20,000 nt of DNA from an uncultured virus (IMG/VR IMGVR_UViG_3300030117_003229) (lineage: Duplodnaviria > Heunggongvirae > Uroviricota > Caudoviricetes), in the IMG/VR virus record IMGVR_UViG_3300030117_003229, positions 44,903-64,902 of that record, one strand, 5' to 3'. This document shows, one piece after another, positions 6,979-15,187 of the stretch (its first letter is position 1; each line of letters opens with the position of its first letter). The position numbers were made by a program, and so were the translations under genes. The notes under the pieces are model-generated. The model was not told the DNA's origin. It saw only the letters and a list, made by a program, of their open reading frames with translations, and made no database searches.

Positions 6979-7076
6979 TTAAACCTCCAAGTTTGTTTTT
7001 AATATTCACTTTACAATATTACAACCAATAAAATTACCATGCAAGGACTTTCTTTAGGGTTAGGTAAGGGTATGTG
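6979..7076 (-). promoter_or_regulatory. Sigma70-type promoter P2 of the early/replication operon, with ACCCT boxes
   Basis: TTGCAT (7044-7039), 17 nt spacer, TAATAT (7021-7016). +1 region GTGAATATTAAAA (7009-6997). AGGGT on + at 7056 and 7067. Confidence 0.7.
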
Positions 7077-7085
7077 GAAAGGGGA

Positions 7086-7151
7086 GGCTGGGAAGGTTTA
7101 TAGTTGTGAATATAGGATGAAGTTGGAGCGAACACCCTCTTCTCCCCAGCC
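7086..7151 (-). ncRNA. Candidate structured antisense RNA element A (intergenic)
   Basis: Outer stem GGCTGGGGAG/CTTCCCAGCC and inner stem AGGGTG/CATCCT (G-U pairs favour the minus strand); 13-nt loop TTCGCTCCAACTT; bulge ATATTCACAACTATAAAC. GC-rich island in AT-rich DNA. Confidence 0.55.
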
Positions 7152-7189
7152 ATAGGGACAAATTTACTATTTTTATTTATATTTTAAAA

Positions 7190-8254
7190 TTAAAATTCTT
7201 CACTTATACTTAAATTAACATTAAACATATTAAATGCAACTTGTTTCATATCTAGTTTGTTTTGATTAAACCTAGCAAACAAGTAAGATCGCTCTGCATT
7301 GTTTCCTGTATCTGTTGAATCACTAGAAAAAATAAATGGTATCAAATTCCCTTTTGTTCTATTCCAAACATCTGAAACAACTGTATCTTGATCAGCATCC
7401 TCTGTATCATATTCTACTGGCATTATGTCTGAACTTGCTAAAAAATTAAAATTTAGATCATAAATTATTCTACCTCCATATATTCCGGGAGCATAAGTAG
7501 CGGTTGAAAATGGTGATTTAGAGCGCACATTTTGAAATCTTCTGCCTAAATGAGTAGCATTACCAAATTTTTGACCGCCAACAGATTCTTGAATTTTTAC
7601 ACCATCATAGATAATTGTTCTTTTAAGAGAAATCTCTGGATTATGTGGCATTTGATAAGACTCACCTATTAAAATACATCCGATTTTAAGGTCATATATA
7701 CCATCAAAAGATCCATCAGTAGCCGTATCACTTGAGTCTCCATCTTTTCCTTCAAATTGCAAACCCCAATATCTATTGGTACTAGAACTGAATGTAAAAA
7801 TAGTTGATCCATCTGTTGCAGGAATTACTACATTGCCACTTACAATATCAGCATTTACTACTTCTGAAACACTTGAAATATCTGTACCACCACTCATATC
7901 TGCATTATTTACATGACTTTCAGTATTACTACTTTTTACTCGCACTTTTGCTTCAGAACTATCCATGTTATGATTTAAAATTGCAATATAATCACAATTA
8001 AAAGCATTACTATTTAAATCAATATTTACAAGAACATGATCAGTTCTTGCAGTTGCGTTTTCAGATGTTTCAAACTGACATTGATTCATAGGTCTCATAT
8101 CAAACAATTCTGGCTCACTTCCAAGATTAAAAGTATTGATAAGGTCTGATCCGCTTATTACATCAAAATTGCCATCTTGTGCAATACCTGATGCCATTAA
8201 AAAATTAATATGATCTGTAAAAAATTTTACTGTTTTAATATCCATGTTAGCCAT
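7190..8254 (-). CDS. Virion tail-tip protein, Dit-like with an N-terminal beta-sandwich domain
   Basis: C-terminal IGCILIG..., R.IYDLNFNFL, IPFIF, FNVNLSISEEF pattern resembles siphophage distal tail proteins; located in the tail module. Confidence 0.5.
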   Translation of the reverse strand: MANMDIKTVKFFTDHINFLMASGIAQDGNFDVISGSDLINTFNLGSEPELFDMRPMNQCQFETSENATARTDHVLVNIDLNSNAFNCDYIAILNHNMDSSEAKVRVKSSNTESHVNNADMSGGTDISSVSEVVNADIVSGNVVIPATDGSTIFTFSSSTNRYWGLQFEGKDGDSSDTATDGSFDGIYDLKIGCILIGESYQMPHNPEISLKRTIIYDGVKIQESVGGQKFGNATHLGRRFQNVRSKSPFSTATYAPGIYGGRIIYDLNFNFLASSDIMPVEYDTEDADQDTVVSDVWNRTKGNLIPFIFSSDSTDTGNNAERSYLFARFNQNKLDMKQVAFNMFNVNLSISEEF

Positions 8255-8294
8255 TATGAATCTGCCTTTATTGATTGAATTGTTTTATTTATAC

Positions 8295-10574
8295 TCATGA
8301 TATTTGTCTTGCTGTTACTGATATTTTGCCGATTGTTCGGCCTGTTTTTGTAATCATAAATTCTAAATCGCTCCAGCCATTTGATATTCCAAAGGGAATT
8401 GATGGATGCATATCTGTATTGTCAAAATTTATTACTGATCCAACTTCTAAATCATAATACTTAGGAGATACGATTGTAAAACTTATTATTAACTTTGGTG
8501 TACCTAATATGTTATGATAATAATTTATAAAAGAATCATTTGGGTTAGTTTGTTCTTGTACATCATTTTGCTCAACCAGATAATCAAGATTGAAAGTTTT
8601 AATATTTTCTAAAGGTTCAATATTATATTTATCTCGATCAGAAGTAACCTCAAAGGTTTCTTGACTTCTGTATTCATCTGTAGCTGGATGTTTTTCATAA
8701 TTTACAATAAACTTTGTAATTAAATCTGAAACTGATGTATGTGAAAGAGATACATTTGATATATCATTTTTAGTAAGCGTTGTTATTTCGCCAGAAGAAT
8801 AACTATCTTTTACATGAATGTATTGAGGTTGAGTTGAATCACCTTGCTTTAATCTATAAATAAAACATCCTTCAAATTGTAATTTTTCTAAAATCTTTTT
8901 AAATGATTGTTCTTTTGTAAAATATAACCTAGCTCCCCAATCACTTCTATCTGTTTCCAATGCAGAAAAACCATCTATATTAGTTGCTGGATTTGTGGCT
9001 ACATCTAAACCTGAAAATTTATTTAATAAAGCTAAGTGAATGTTATTAATTGAAGTAATTGCATTTCCAACTAATCCTGTAATTGAATGAGTATCTCCAT
9101 CACTTGCAACATATAATTCTTTTGGAGGTGTTTTAAACGCCCTTGAAGCTGTTACACTTACATCATACACTTTAAAAGTACCAGATAAGGGAACTGATCC
9201 ATCCCCTATAAATATTAAAGCTAATACAATTCTTTTTGTACCAGATGGAAAAGGTATTTTGACAGTATTTAATGTAACATTTGCTTGAAAAGTTAAATCT
9301 TGAAAATTAGCATTTTCATTTCCAACTACAATTCCAAATTTTGAACCACCGCCAGCAGCGATAACTTCTAACTGATATTTAAGATTTAAAATATTAAAAT
9401 TGGTTGTAGTAAATATTTCATCATTGTCATCATGTGAAATTGCAGTAGTGTTAAATGCTCCTCTAGTTACTGTTAATGTATTGCTACTAATATTTGTAAC
9501 AATCATTATCTCCTCTTTTAACTTAAGAACAGAACCAATAAAAAGATCACTTGCATCATCTATTACAAATGAAGTTTCAGAACTATTAAAACCACCAGAA
9601 TCATTTACCAATATAGGATCACCATCTGAATCCTGTAATTTTTTAAAATTTTGATCTTCTTCTGGAGTATCTATATTTAAATAATATGATGCTTGTATTA
9701 TTTGAGATGTATTAAAAGATGCTTGAAAAGATGCAAATGTTGTATCATCACCATCATATACATTTGTTAAATTAGAAACTGTCACTCCTCCATCTACTGT
9801 TATGTTTGTAGTCGAATTTGGAGAAACTTTAAAAATATGTTGTGCTGTTGATTCTATCTTTGCATGGTTAGCGTTGTCTGTTGATACCGTTGAGCCTTGT
9901 GCAGATGTTGTAGGTATAAATACATCAAACTGTTCATTATATACTGCTAACTCTGAATCTGATCCACTTTTTGAAGTTGGATAAATAGAGAAACCATCTG
10001 ATAATTTATTATATTCAACTGGTCTATAAGCATACGATGTAAGGCTTGAAACATATTGAGGGGATGCTACTGTTGAAGCAGAATTTTTTGTATAATCTCC
10101 ATAAGCAATGGGAACTAGCATTTTGCGATCAGTTGTCTTAACATTAGGTAAAGTTATCAAATCCCACGGCCTATGAGAGTTCATTTTAATGTTTATTGTA
10201 TTTCCATTTGTATTAATAGATATAACTCTAAAAGATCCAATTTTTACTGGTGTATCTTCATTAATTTTGCAATGTATTGTACATTCTCTATTAATATATT
10301 CATTTGTTCCTCCAAATAGTTCTTTGCTTACAGGATCACCTTTATATTCAAAATCTGGTATATTAATAGATATTCCACTTGTCGATGCTGTGCTATTAGA
10401 AAGAGAAATTGTTTCTGATATAGTTGGTCTGTTTAATATAACCCCACTATAATAATTAGAGCTTTCAATAACATCTGCAAATGATAAAAATAAAAAACCA
10501 CTATTGTTATTAGCTAATTTAAAAAGCCAATTTTCTTTTATGTTGCTTAATTTTATTGATGAACCAAAAGCCAT
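8295..10574 (-). CDS. Tail tip / baseplate hub protein (Tal/gpJ-like) with inserted beta domains
   Basis: Directly follows the TMP; LVPIAYGD, C-terminal YYDLEVGSVI...FMITK, and an insert EEIMIVTNISSNTLTVTRG. Confidence 0.6.
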   Translation of the reverse strand: MAFGSSIKLSNIKENWLFKLANNNSGFLFLSFADVIESSNYYSGVILNRPTISETISLSNSTASTSGISINIPDFEYKGDPVSKELFGGTNEYINRECTIHCKINEDTPVKIGSFRVISINTNGNTINIKMNSHRPWDLITLPNVKTTDRKMLVPIAYGDYTKNSASTVASPQYVSSLTSYAYRPVEYNKLSDGFSIYPTSKSGSDSELAVYNEQFDVFIPTTSAQGSTVSTDNANHAKIESTAQHIFKVSPNSTTNITVDGGVTVSNLTNVYDGDDTTFASFQASFNTSQIIQASYYLNIDTPEEDQNFKKLQDSDGDPILVNDSGGFNSSETSFVIDDASDLFIGSVLKLKEEIMIVTNISSNTLTVTRGAFNTTAISHDDNDEIFTTTNFNILNLKYQLEVIAAGGGSKFGIVVGNENANFQDLTFQANVTLNTVKIPFPSGTKRIVLALIFIGDGSVPLSGTFKVYDVSVTASRAFKTPPKELYVASDGDTHSITGLVGNAITSINNIHLALLNKFSGLDVATNPATNIDGFSALETDRSDWGARLYFTKEQSFKKILEKLQFEGCFIYRLKQGDSTQPQYIHVKDSYSSGEITTLTKNDISNVSLSHTSVSDLITKFIVNYEKHPATDEYRSQETFEVTSDRDKYNIEPLENIKTFNLDYLVEQNDVQEQTNPNDSFINYYHNILGTPKLIISFTIVSPKYYDLEVGSVINFDNTDMHPSIPFGISNGWSDLEFMITKTGRTIGKISVTARQIS

Positions 10575-10580
10575 TATTTA

Positions 10581-12809
10581 CTAGATAGTAGCACGAAGTA
10601 CGGCTCTATTTTCACGAACTGCTGAATTAATTGCTGGTATAATGCTTTCAACTACTGTTTCATCAACCAATGGAGCAGATATATTTACAGTAATATTATT
10701 TCCCATACCACCAGCAAGGTTTTCTTGCTGTGCTTGATTCAAAATAACTTCACCCGGTGTAAGCATTGCTGGTACTGTATCACTTTGACTAGTATTTAAT
10801 CCAGGTACAATGCCACCTTCTGCAAACCCCAAAGCCCCTGAACCCGCCTTAATTTGAGATATTAAAGAATTTGTCAAAGCTCCTACTGCGGCTATAACTA
10901 ATGGCGCACCTATTACAGCCGCCGGCCCCATTGATGCTAATATTCCAGAAATCATTTTACCACCATCTGCAAGAACACCAGCTATATTTTTACCTGAACT
11001 AATTAAAAATTCTTTCATAGCAGAAGATTTAGCAGATGCTTCTTTAAGAGCATTGGTTGCGTTTTGAATTGCTACCTCTTGGAATTTATTTTTTATAAAT
11101 GCCTTTGTATGTTCACCAATAAATCTAATTGTAGAATTTTTTACAGCTTCTTCAATTAATATTCTTCTTTCTGCTCCGTGCATATTTGCATCAGTTAATG
11201 TTTGAATAAACTGATCATGTGCTGAAAGAGTAGCATTATAAAATATATTTTTTTCCTCTAATTCTTTTTTAATGTTTGCTATTTCATCTTCAGTAAGTTG
11301 CCTAGAAATTTGTTTTTTCTTTTCAGCAACATCTTCTTCAAGTTTAATTTCTTGCCCTTTTATGTTTCTTTTAGCATCTAATTGAGCTTGTAATTCATCT
11401 AATTCACCAAGCAATACTTTTGATCTGGAATTAGCAAATAATTGATCAAAAGCCTCTTGCTCTTTTTGAGTTAATTCAGCACCTTCAACTATATCTTGGT
11501 ACATATCTGAAAATAAAAGCCCTATAGCTTCTGTGCTTAAAGCAAATTGACTTTCTAATAATTTTTGCCTAGCAGATATATTCTCACTTAAATCTTTAAA
11601 AGGATTTATTGCATCAAGAAACTTATCACCTAATAATTTTACTCTAGATTCAATATTACTTAAAGCAATAAAAAAAGATTTTTGCATTACCTCAAGAATT
11701 TGAGGAAGTTGCGTTTTTATTGTTTTAGCTAAATTATCAAAACCTATTTCCCCTAATTTTGCAAATTCTTTATTTACACTTTCTATACTAGGTTGAATGA
11801 TTGTGATTAAAGACTTGCCAATTTCAATCAGTACAGACTGAATACTGTTTTTTAACATAGACATTTGCTGATTGAAGCCACTAGACATTTTATCAAATGC
11901 TTTTTGAGTAGCCCCTGTTGATTTAGTAGCAAACTCACCTACATTAGTAGTTAATGTTTCAAAGTTTTGAGCCATAGTCTGAATACCTAATATAGCTTCA
12001 ACTCTAGGAATAATCTTTTTTAATGTATCTGGATCAACACCTTGAAATTGTTTTATAGTAGAAACTAAATCTAATGTGCCATCGTCAAATCTTTTTATTT
12101 CTATTCCAGCTTCTTCCATTGCTTTTTTAGAGCTATCTGCTGGTGATTGTAAAGAAACTAATGTTGCCCTTAATGAAGTAGTGGCTTGTGCTGTACTAAT
12201 ACCTGATGCTGTAAGGGTAGCCATTGCCGCCCCTACCCCATCTAAACCCAATCCTGCTGATCTAGCGAATGGTAAAACTTGACCTAAACTAGCACTTAAT
12301 TCAGTCATAGTAGTTTTACCAAGTCTTACAGTAGTAAATAATTGATCTGCTACTTTATTAGTATCACTTGCATCAAGACCTAAAGCATTTAATGATGTTG
12401 TAAGAAGATCAGCGGCTTCAGCCACACTTGTAACACCACCAACTGCTAATTCACTAGAAACCCTTAATACTTCTGCACTATCTGACACACTACTAAATCC
12501 AGCAGAAACAATATCATATTTAGCTTTACTTAATGAATCTAATGCTACCCCAGAACTCATTGCTACAGCCCTAAGTTCCCTAGACATTTTATCTAAATCT
12601 CTATTTGTAGTTTTTCCTAATAATGTAGATACTTCTAAAAGACTTTTTTGAAAGTCCCCTGCTAACTTTGTAGATAATAAACCAAGTCCAGCAGTCGCTA
12701 TCCCAGCTTTTTTTCCTATACTTGTTACTGCTGATCCTACACTTTTTAATGCTCCTGTAGTTTTCTTAGCACCTTTTATACCAACTTTTAATATTAAACT
12801 TTTAGCCAT
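10581..12809 (-). CDS. Tail tape measure protein (TP901-like)
   Basis: Ala/Gly/Ser-rich helical repeats (AD.L...VRLGKTT..EL..SLGQV), C-terminal FAEGGIVPG...SDTVPAMLTPGEV, position after the chaperones. Confidence 0.9.
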   Translation of the reverse strand: MAKSLILKVGIKGAKKTTGALKSVGSAVTSIGKKAGIATAGLGLLSTKLAGDFQKSLLEVSTLLGKTTNRDLDKMSRELRAVAMSSGVALDSLSKAKYDIVSAGFSSVSDSAEVLRVSSELAVGGVTSVAEAADLLTTSLNALGLDASDTNKVADQLFTTVRLGKTTMTELSASLGQVLPFARSAGLGLDGVGAAMATLTASGISTAQATTSLRATLVSLQSPADSSKKAMEEAGIEIKRFDDGTLDLVSTIKQFQGVDPDTLKKIIPRVEAILGIQTMAQNFETLTTNVGEFATKSTGATQKAFDKMSSGFNQQMSMLKNSIQSVLIEIGKSLITIIQPSIESVNKEFAKLGEIGFDNLAKTIKTQLPQILEVMQKSFFIALSNIESRVKLLGDKFLDAINPFKDLSENISARQKLLESQFALSTEAIGLLFSDMYQDIVEGAELTQKEQEAFDQLFANSRSKVLLGELDELQAQLDAKRNIKGQEIKLEEDVAEKKKQISRQLTEDEIANIKKELEEKNIFYNATLSAHDQFIQTLTDANMHGAERRILIEEAVKNSTIRFIGEHTKAFIKNKFQEVAIQNATNALKEASAKSSAMKEFLISSGKNIAGVLADGGKMISGILASMGPAAVIGAPLVIAAVGALTNSLISQIKAGSGALGFAEGGIVPGLNTSQSDTVPAMLTPGEVILNQAQQENLAGGMGNNITVNISAPLVDETVVESIIPAINSAVRENRAVLRATI

Positions 12810-13191
12810 CTGATTTATGTTTGCTTATATTGTTTATTTCTTGTTCAATTACACCAAAACAATCAAGTTTAAAAGTAGAAATAGAATCAAAGTCTTTTCC
12901 TAAAGGAACATTGTAAGTTGTGGCAAGTTTATATTCTTCTAATATATCCCAAACCCACTTTTTTATATGCTCTTTTGGGTTGCAAAAAAAAGGCATTTCA
13001 TAATATAAAGTCTGACCTATCCCAAACTTTTCTACACCTTTTTGATTTAACACTTTTCCTATTTCAGCTTCAACCATTTTATCATTCTCAAAAACAATCT
13101 TTTTATTGGTTACAGGCGACCGAGCTGTGTAAGGATAATCTAAATGATTATCTGGAAAACCTAGTTGAGTAAACCAGATTGCACACCTCAA
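12802..13191 (-). CDS. Tail assembly chaperone T segment, probably expressed as a -1 frameshift G-T fusion of about 225 aa
   Basis: TTG start with no clear SD; in the -1 frame relative to the upstream chaperone at the slippery GGGAAAC. Confidence 0.75.
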   Translation of the reverse strand: MRCAIWFTQLGFPDNHLDYPYTARSPVTNKKIVFENDKMVEAEIGKVLNQKGVEKFGIGQTLYYEMPFFCNPKEHIKKWVWDILEEYKLATTYNVPLGKDFDSISTFKLDCFGVIEQEINNISKHKSDG

Positions 13192-13478
13192 TCGCCAGTA
13201 GGGTTTCCCATTTCAAGACCCATATATGCAACTATTATTGCTGTTAAAACTTCATCTTCCTGCAAAGCATTTAAACCAATTAGCTTTTCTTCTGCTTTTT
13301 TATCATCTCCAAAAGCTATTAAAGTAAATTCATCTGCTAAGTCATGAAGTGCCTCATTTTTCATAGGGTCTTTTTCATCCATTGCAAATATTGTTTTTAC
13401 TTTTTTATAGTGATCTCTTCTTTGCTTTCTAGTAATGTCATTTATTTCAAACTCACCATGTGATGTCTCAACTATCAT
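13188..13478 (-). CDS. Tail assembly chaperone (gpG-like)
   Basis: Lies between the tail tube and TMP genes; GGGAGG RBS; slippery site near the 3' end. Confidence 0.75.
   Translation of the reverse strand: MIVETSHGEFEINDITRKQRRDHYKKVKTIFAMDEKDPMKNEALHDLADEFTLIAFGDDKKAEEKLIGLNALQEDEVLTAIIVAYMGLEMGNPTGD
13203..13209 (-). other. Programmed -1 ribosomal frameshift site G GGA AAC
   Basis: X XXY YYZ heptamer in the correct phase; the -1 frame continues P-Y-W-R-L-R-C-A-I-W into 12802..13191. Confidence 0.8.
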
Positions 13479-13497
13479 AATATTCCTCCCTATTATT

Positions 13498-14574
13498 TTA
13501 CCAAGTTGTTATTGCACTATTCTCAAATGTTTCTAACTTAAATGCTTCATTTGAACCATTCTGAACACACTCAAATTCTAATGTATGAAATACACCAGTT
13601 TCACTAAGGTCTTGCCCCGGATCACCAGTATATTGTATTTCTGCTGTAATTTCCATTTCACCAGCGGCATCATTACCAGCACCATTAATTAGATTAAGTG
13701 TCATTGTATCACCATCAAGAAAGTCTTGAATAACATTATTATCTGCACCATAGTCAAATTCATCATCATATTTAATAACAAGGCTACCAGTAACAACATA
13801 TTCAGGGAATACATAGACTTCAGCATCACCATTAGTATTAAAACCAACCCTATTAACACCATTAGAGATATTAAAAGTAAATGATTTCATAATAAATGTT
13901 TGTGTTGCATTTCCTTCTACATCTAAAGTTCTAGTGTCAAAGTCCATAACATTAAAATATGTAGTTTGTGCATCAACCCAAGAACCATCAAAGGTCTGCT
14001 CTAATACTGTTCCTGTAGAAACTGGATTACTAAAGCCACTAAAGTAATTACCACTAATGCTTACAAGCCCATTATTTGCTCCCACATCGCCAGTTATGGT
14101 CATATCTGAACATACTACCCCTGTAACTTTAATACCTTCACCAGCGGCAGGATAGTAAGCAAGATTACAACTATGAGGCATACCACTTGTAATGCTTCCA
14201 CCCATAGAATTTAAATTATTTGATCCATCTATTTCCATTTCATGCAATGTACTTCCAGATGTTAGTGATCTTTGACCTACTAAAAGTGCGTGTTGAGCTA
14301 ATGTTCTAGGTGTTGCAACCATTTCAAAAGGTGCAGTAACTGTGCCACCTCTTAAATTAACTATAGTATCAGCGGCATTTTTTACACTTCCTCTTCCACT
14401 TAACAACCTAGATTCCCTAGAAATATTAAATGTTGGTTTTTGTGCTTGTACTACTGGTTGTGTTAGGTATGCAGTACCATCATTACCATCACTATCTAAT
14501 GCTACCCCAAAAGCGGTTTCTGCCTTTAAACCATATTTTATACTACTTACTGGGAGTACTCTTGTATCAGCCAT
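13498..14574 (-). CDS. Major tail tube protein
   Basis: N-terminal GLKAETAFG, G/T/S-rich beta sequence, SFTFNISNG..., VTGSLVIKYD; position before the chaperones. Confidence 0.8.
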   Translation of the reverse strand: MADTRVLPVSSIKYGLKAETAFGVALDSDGNDGTAYLTQPVVQAQKPTFNISRESRLLSGRGSVKNAADTIVNLRGGTVTAPFEMVATPRTLAQHALLVGQRSLTSGSTLHEMEIDGSNNLNSMGGSITSGMPHSCNLAYYPAAGEGIKVTGVVCSDMTITGDVGANNGLVSISGNYFSGFSNPVSTGTVLEQTFDGSWVDAQTTYFNVMDFDTRTLDVEGNATQTFIMKSFTFNISNGVNRVGFNTNGDAEVYVFPEYVVTGSLVIKYDDEFDYGADNNVIQDFLDGDTMTLNLINGAGNDAAGEMEITAEIQYTGDPGQDLSETGVFHTLEFECVQNGSNEAFKLETFENSAITTW

Positions 14575-14765
14575 TATTTAGCCTCCTTCTTCTTTTTTTG
14601 TTTTTTAACTTGCTCTGCAACTCCCATATCAAGTAGCTCTTGAGCAACTTCCTCAGACATTGTTACAGTTAATCCAGCCCTGAGTTTGTCCAGATCACCT
14701 TTATCACACTTAACCCCATTAGGATTAATTCTATGTAATTTATTATCCCTTGCTTTTATGTCCAT
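14574..14765 (-). CDS. Small hypothetical virion-module protein (likely start MDIKARD at 14765)
   Basis: GGAG RBS and TAATG overlap with the upstream gene at 14765. Confidence 0.6.
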   Translation of the reverse strand: MDIKARDNKLHRINPNGVKCDKGDLDKLRAGLTVTMSEEVAQELLDMGVAEQVKKQKKKKEAK

Positions 14766-15187
14766 TAGATTATCTCCATGTTTTGACAATTAAAATTTGC
14801 TACACCTTTTATTAAGGTTTGATCATCTTCATCTATTTCATAAGAGACTGATGTAATTTGAGCATCAAACCACTCTGCCCCTGTGCTTTGTATTTTTTCA
14901 TTATATACTAATCTTTTTAGTCTTTCCATTACATTAGAAACTTGCTTGATTGTATTTTTAGTGTATTTACCACCTGATTTAAGTTCATAATTAATAATCA
15001 CATTATACTGTCTTTGCATACCACTACTTACATTGGTAACTAATTCATCTGATTCAGGAACTAATAAAAAAGATTGATTACCCTTATGTTCATCATAATA
15101 TACAGGAATACTAAACTCTCCATTTATTATAGTTGCTAATTTTTCTAATATTTCATCAAAAATTATATTTACAAATGTAGTAGGCAT
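14765..15187 (-). CDS. Probable tail terminator / tail completion protein
   Basis: 140 aa with an alpha-beta pattern like gpU/gp17; located just upstream of the tail tube gene. Confidence 0.55.
   Translation of the reverse strand: MPTTFVNIIFDEILEKLATIINGEFSIPVYYDEHKGNQSFLLVPESDELVTNVSSGMQRQYNVIINYELKSGGKYTKNTIKQVSNVMERLKRLVYNEKIQSTGAEWFDAQITSVSYEIDEDDQTLIKGVANFNCQNMEII

Noticed and set aside
7086..7151. Element A as an intrinsic terminator or tRNA
   Set aside because: The enclosed region is too large, there is no real U-tract (TCCCCTTTCC follows), and there is no cloverleaf with a TTCRA loop or CCA.
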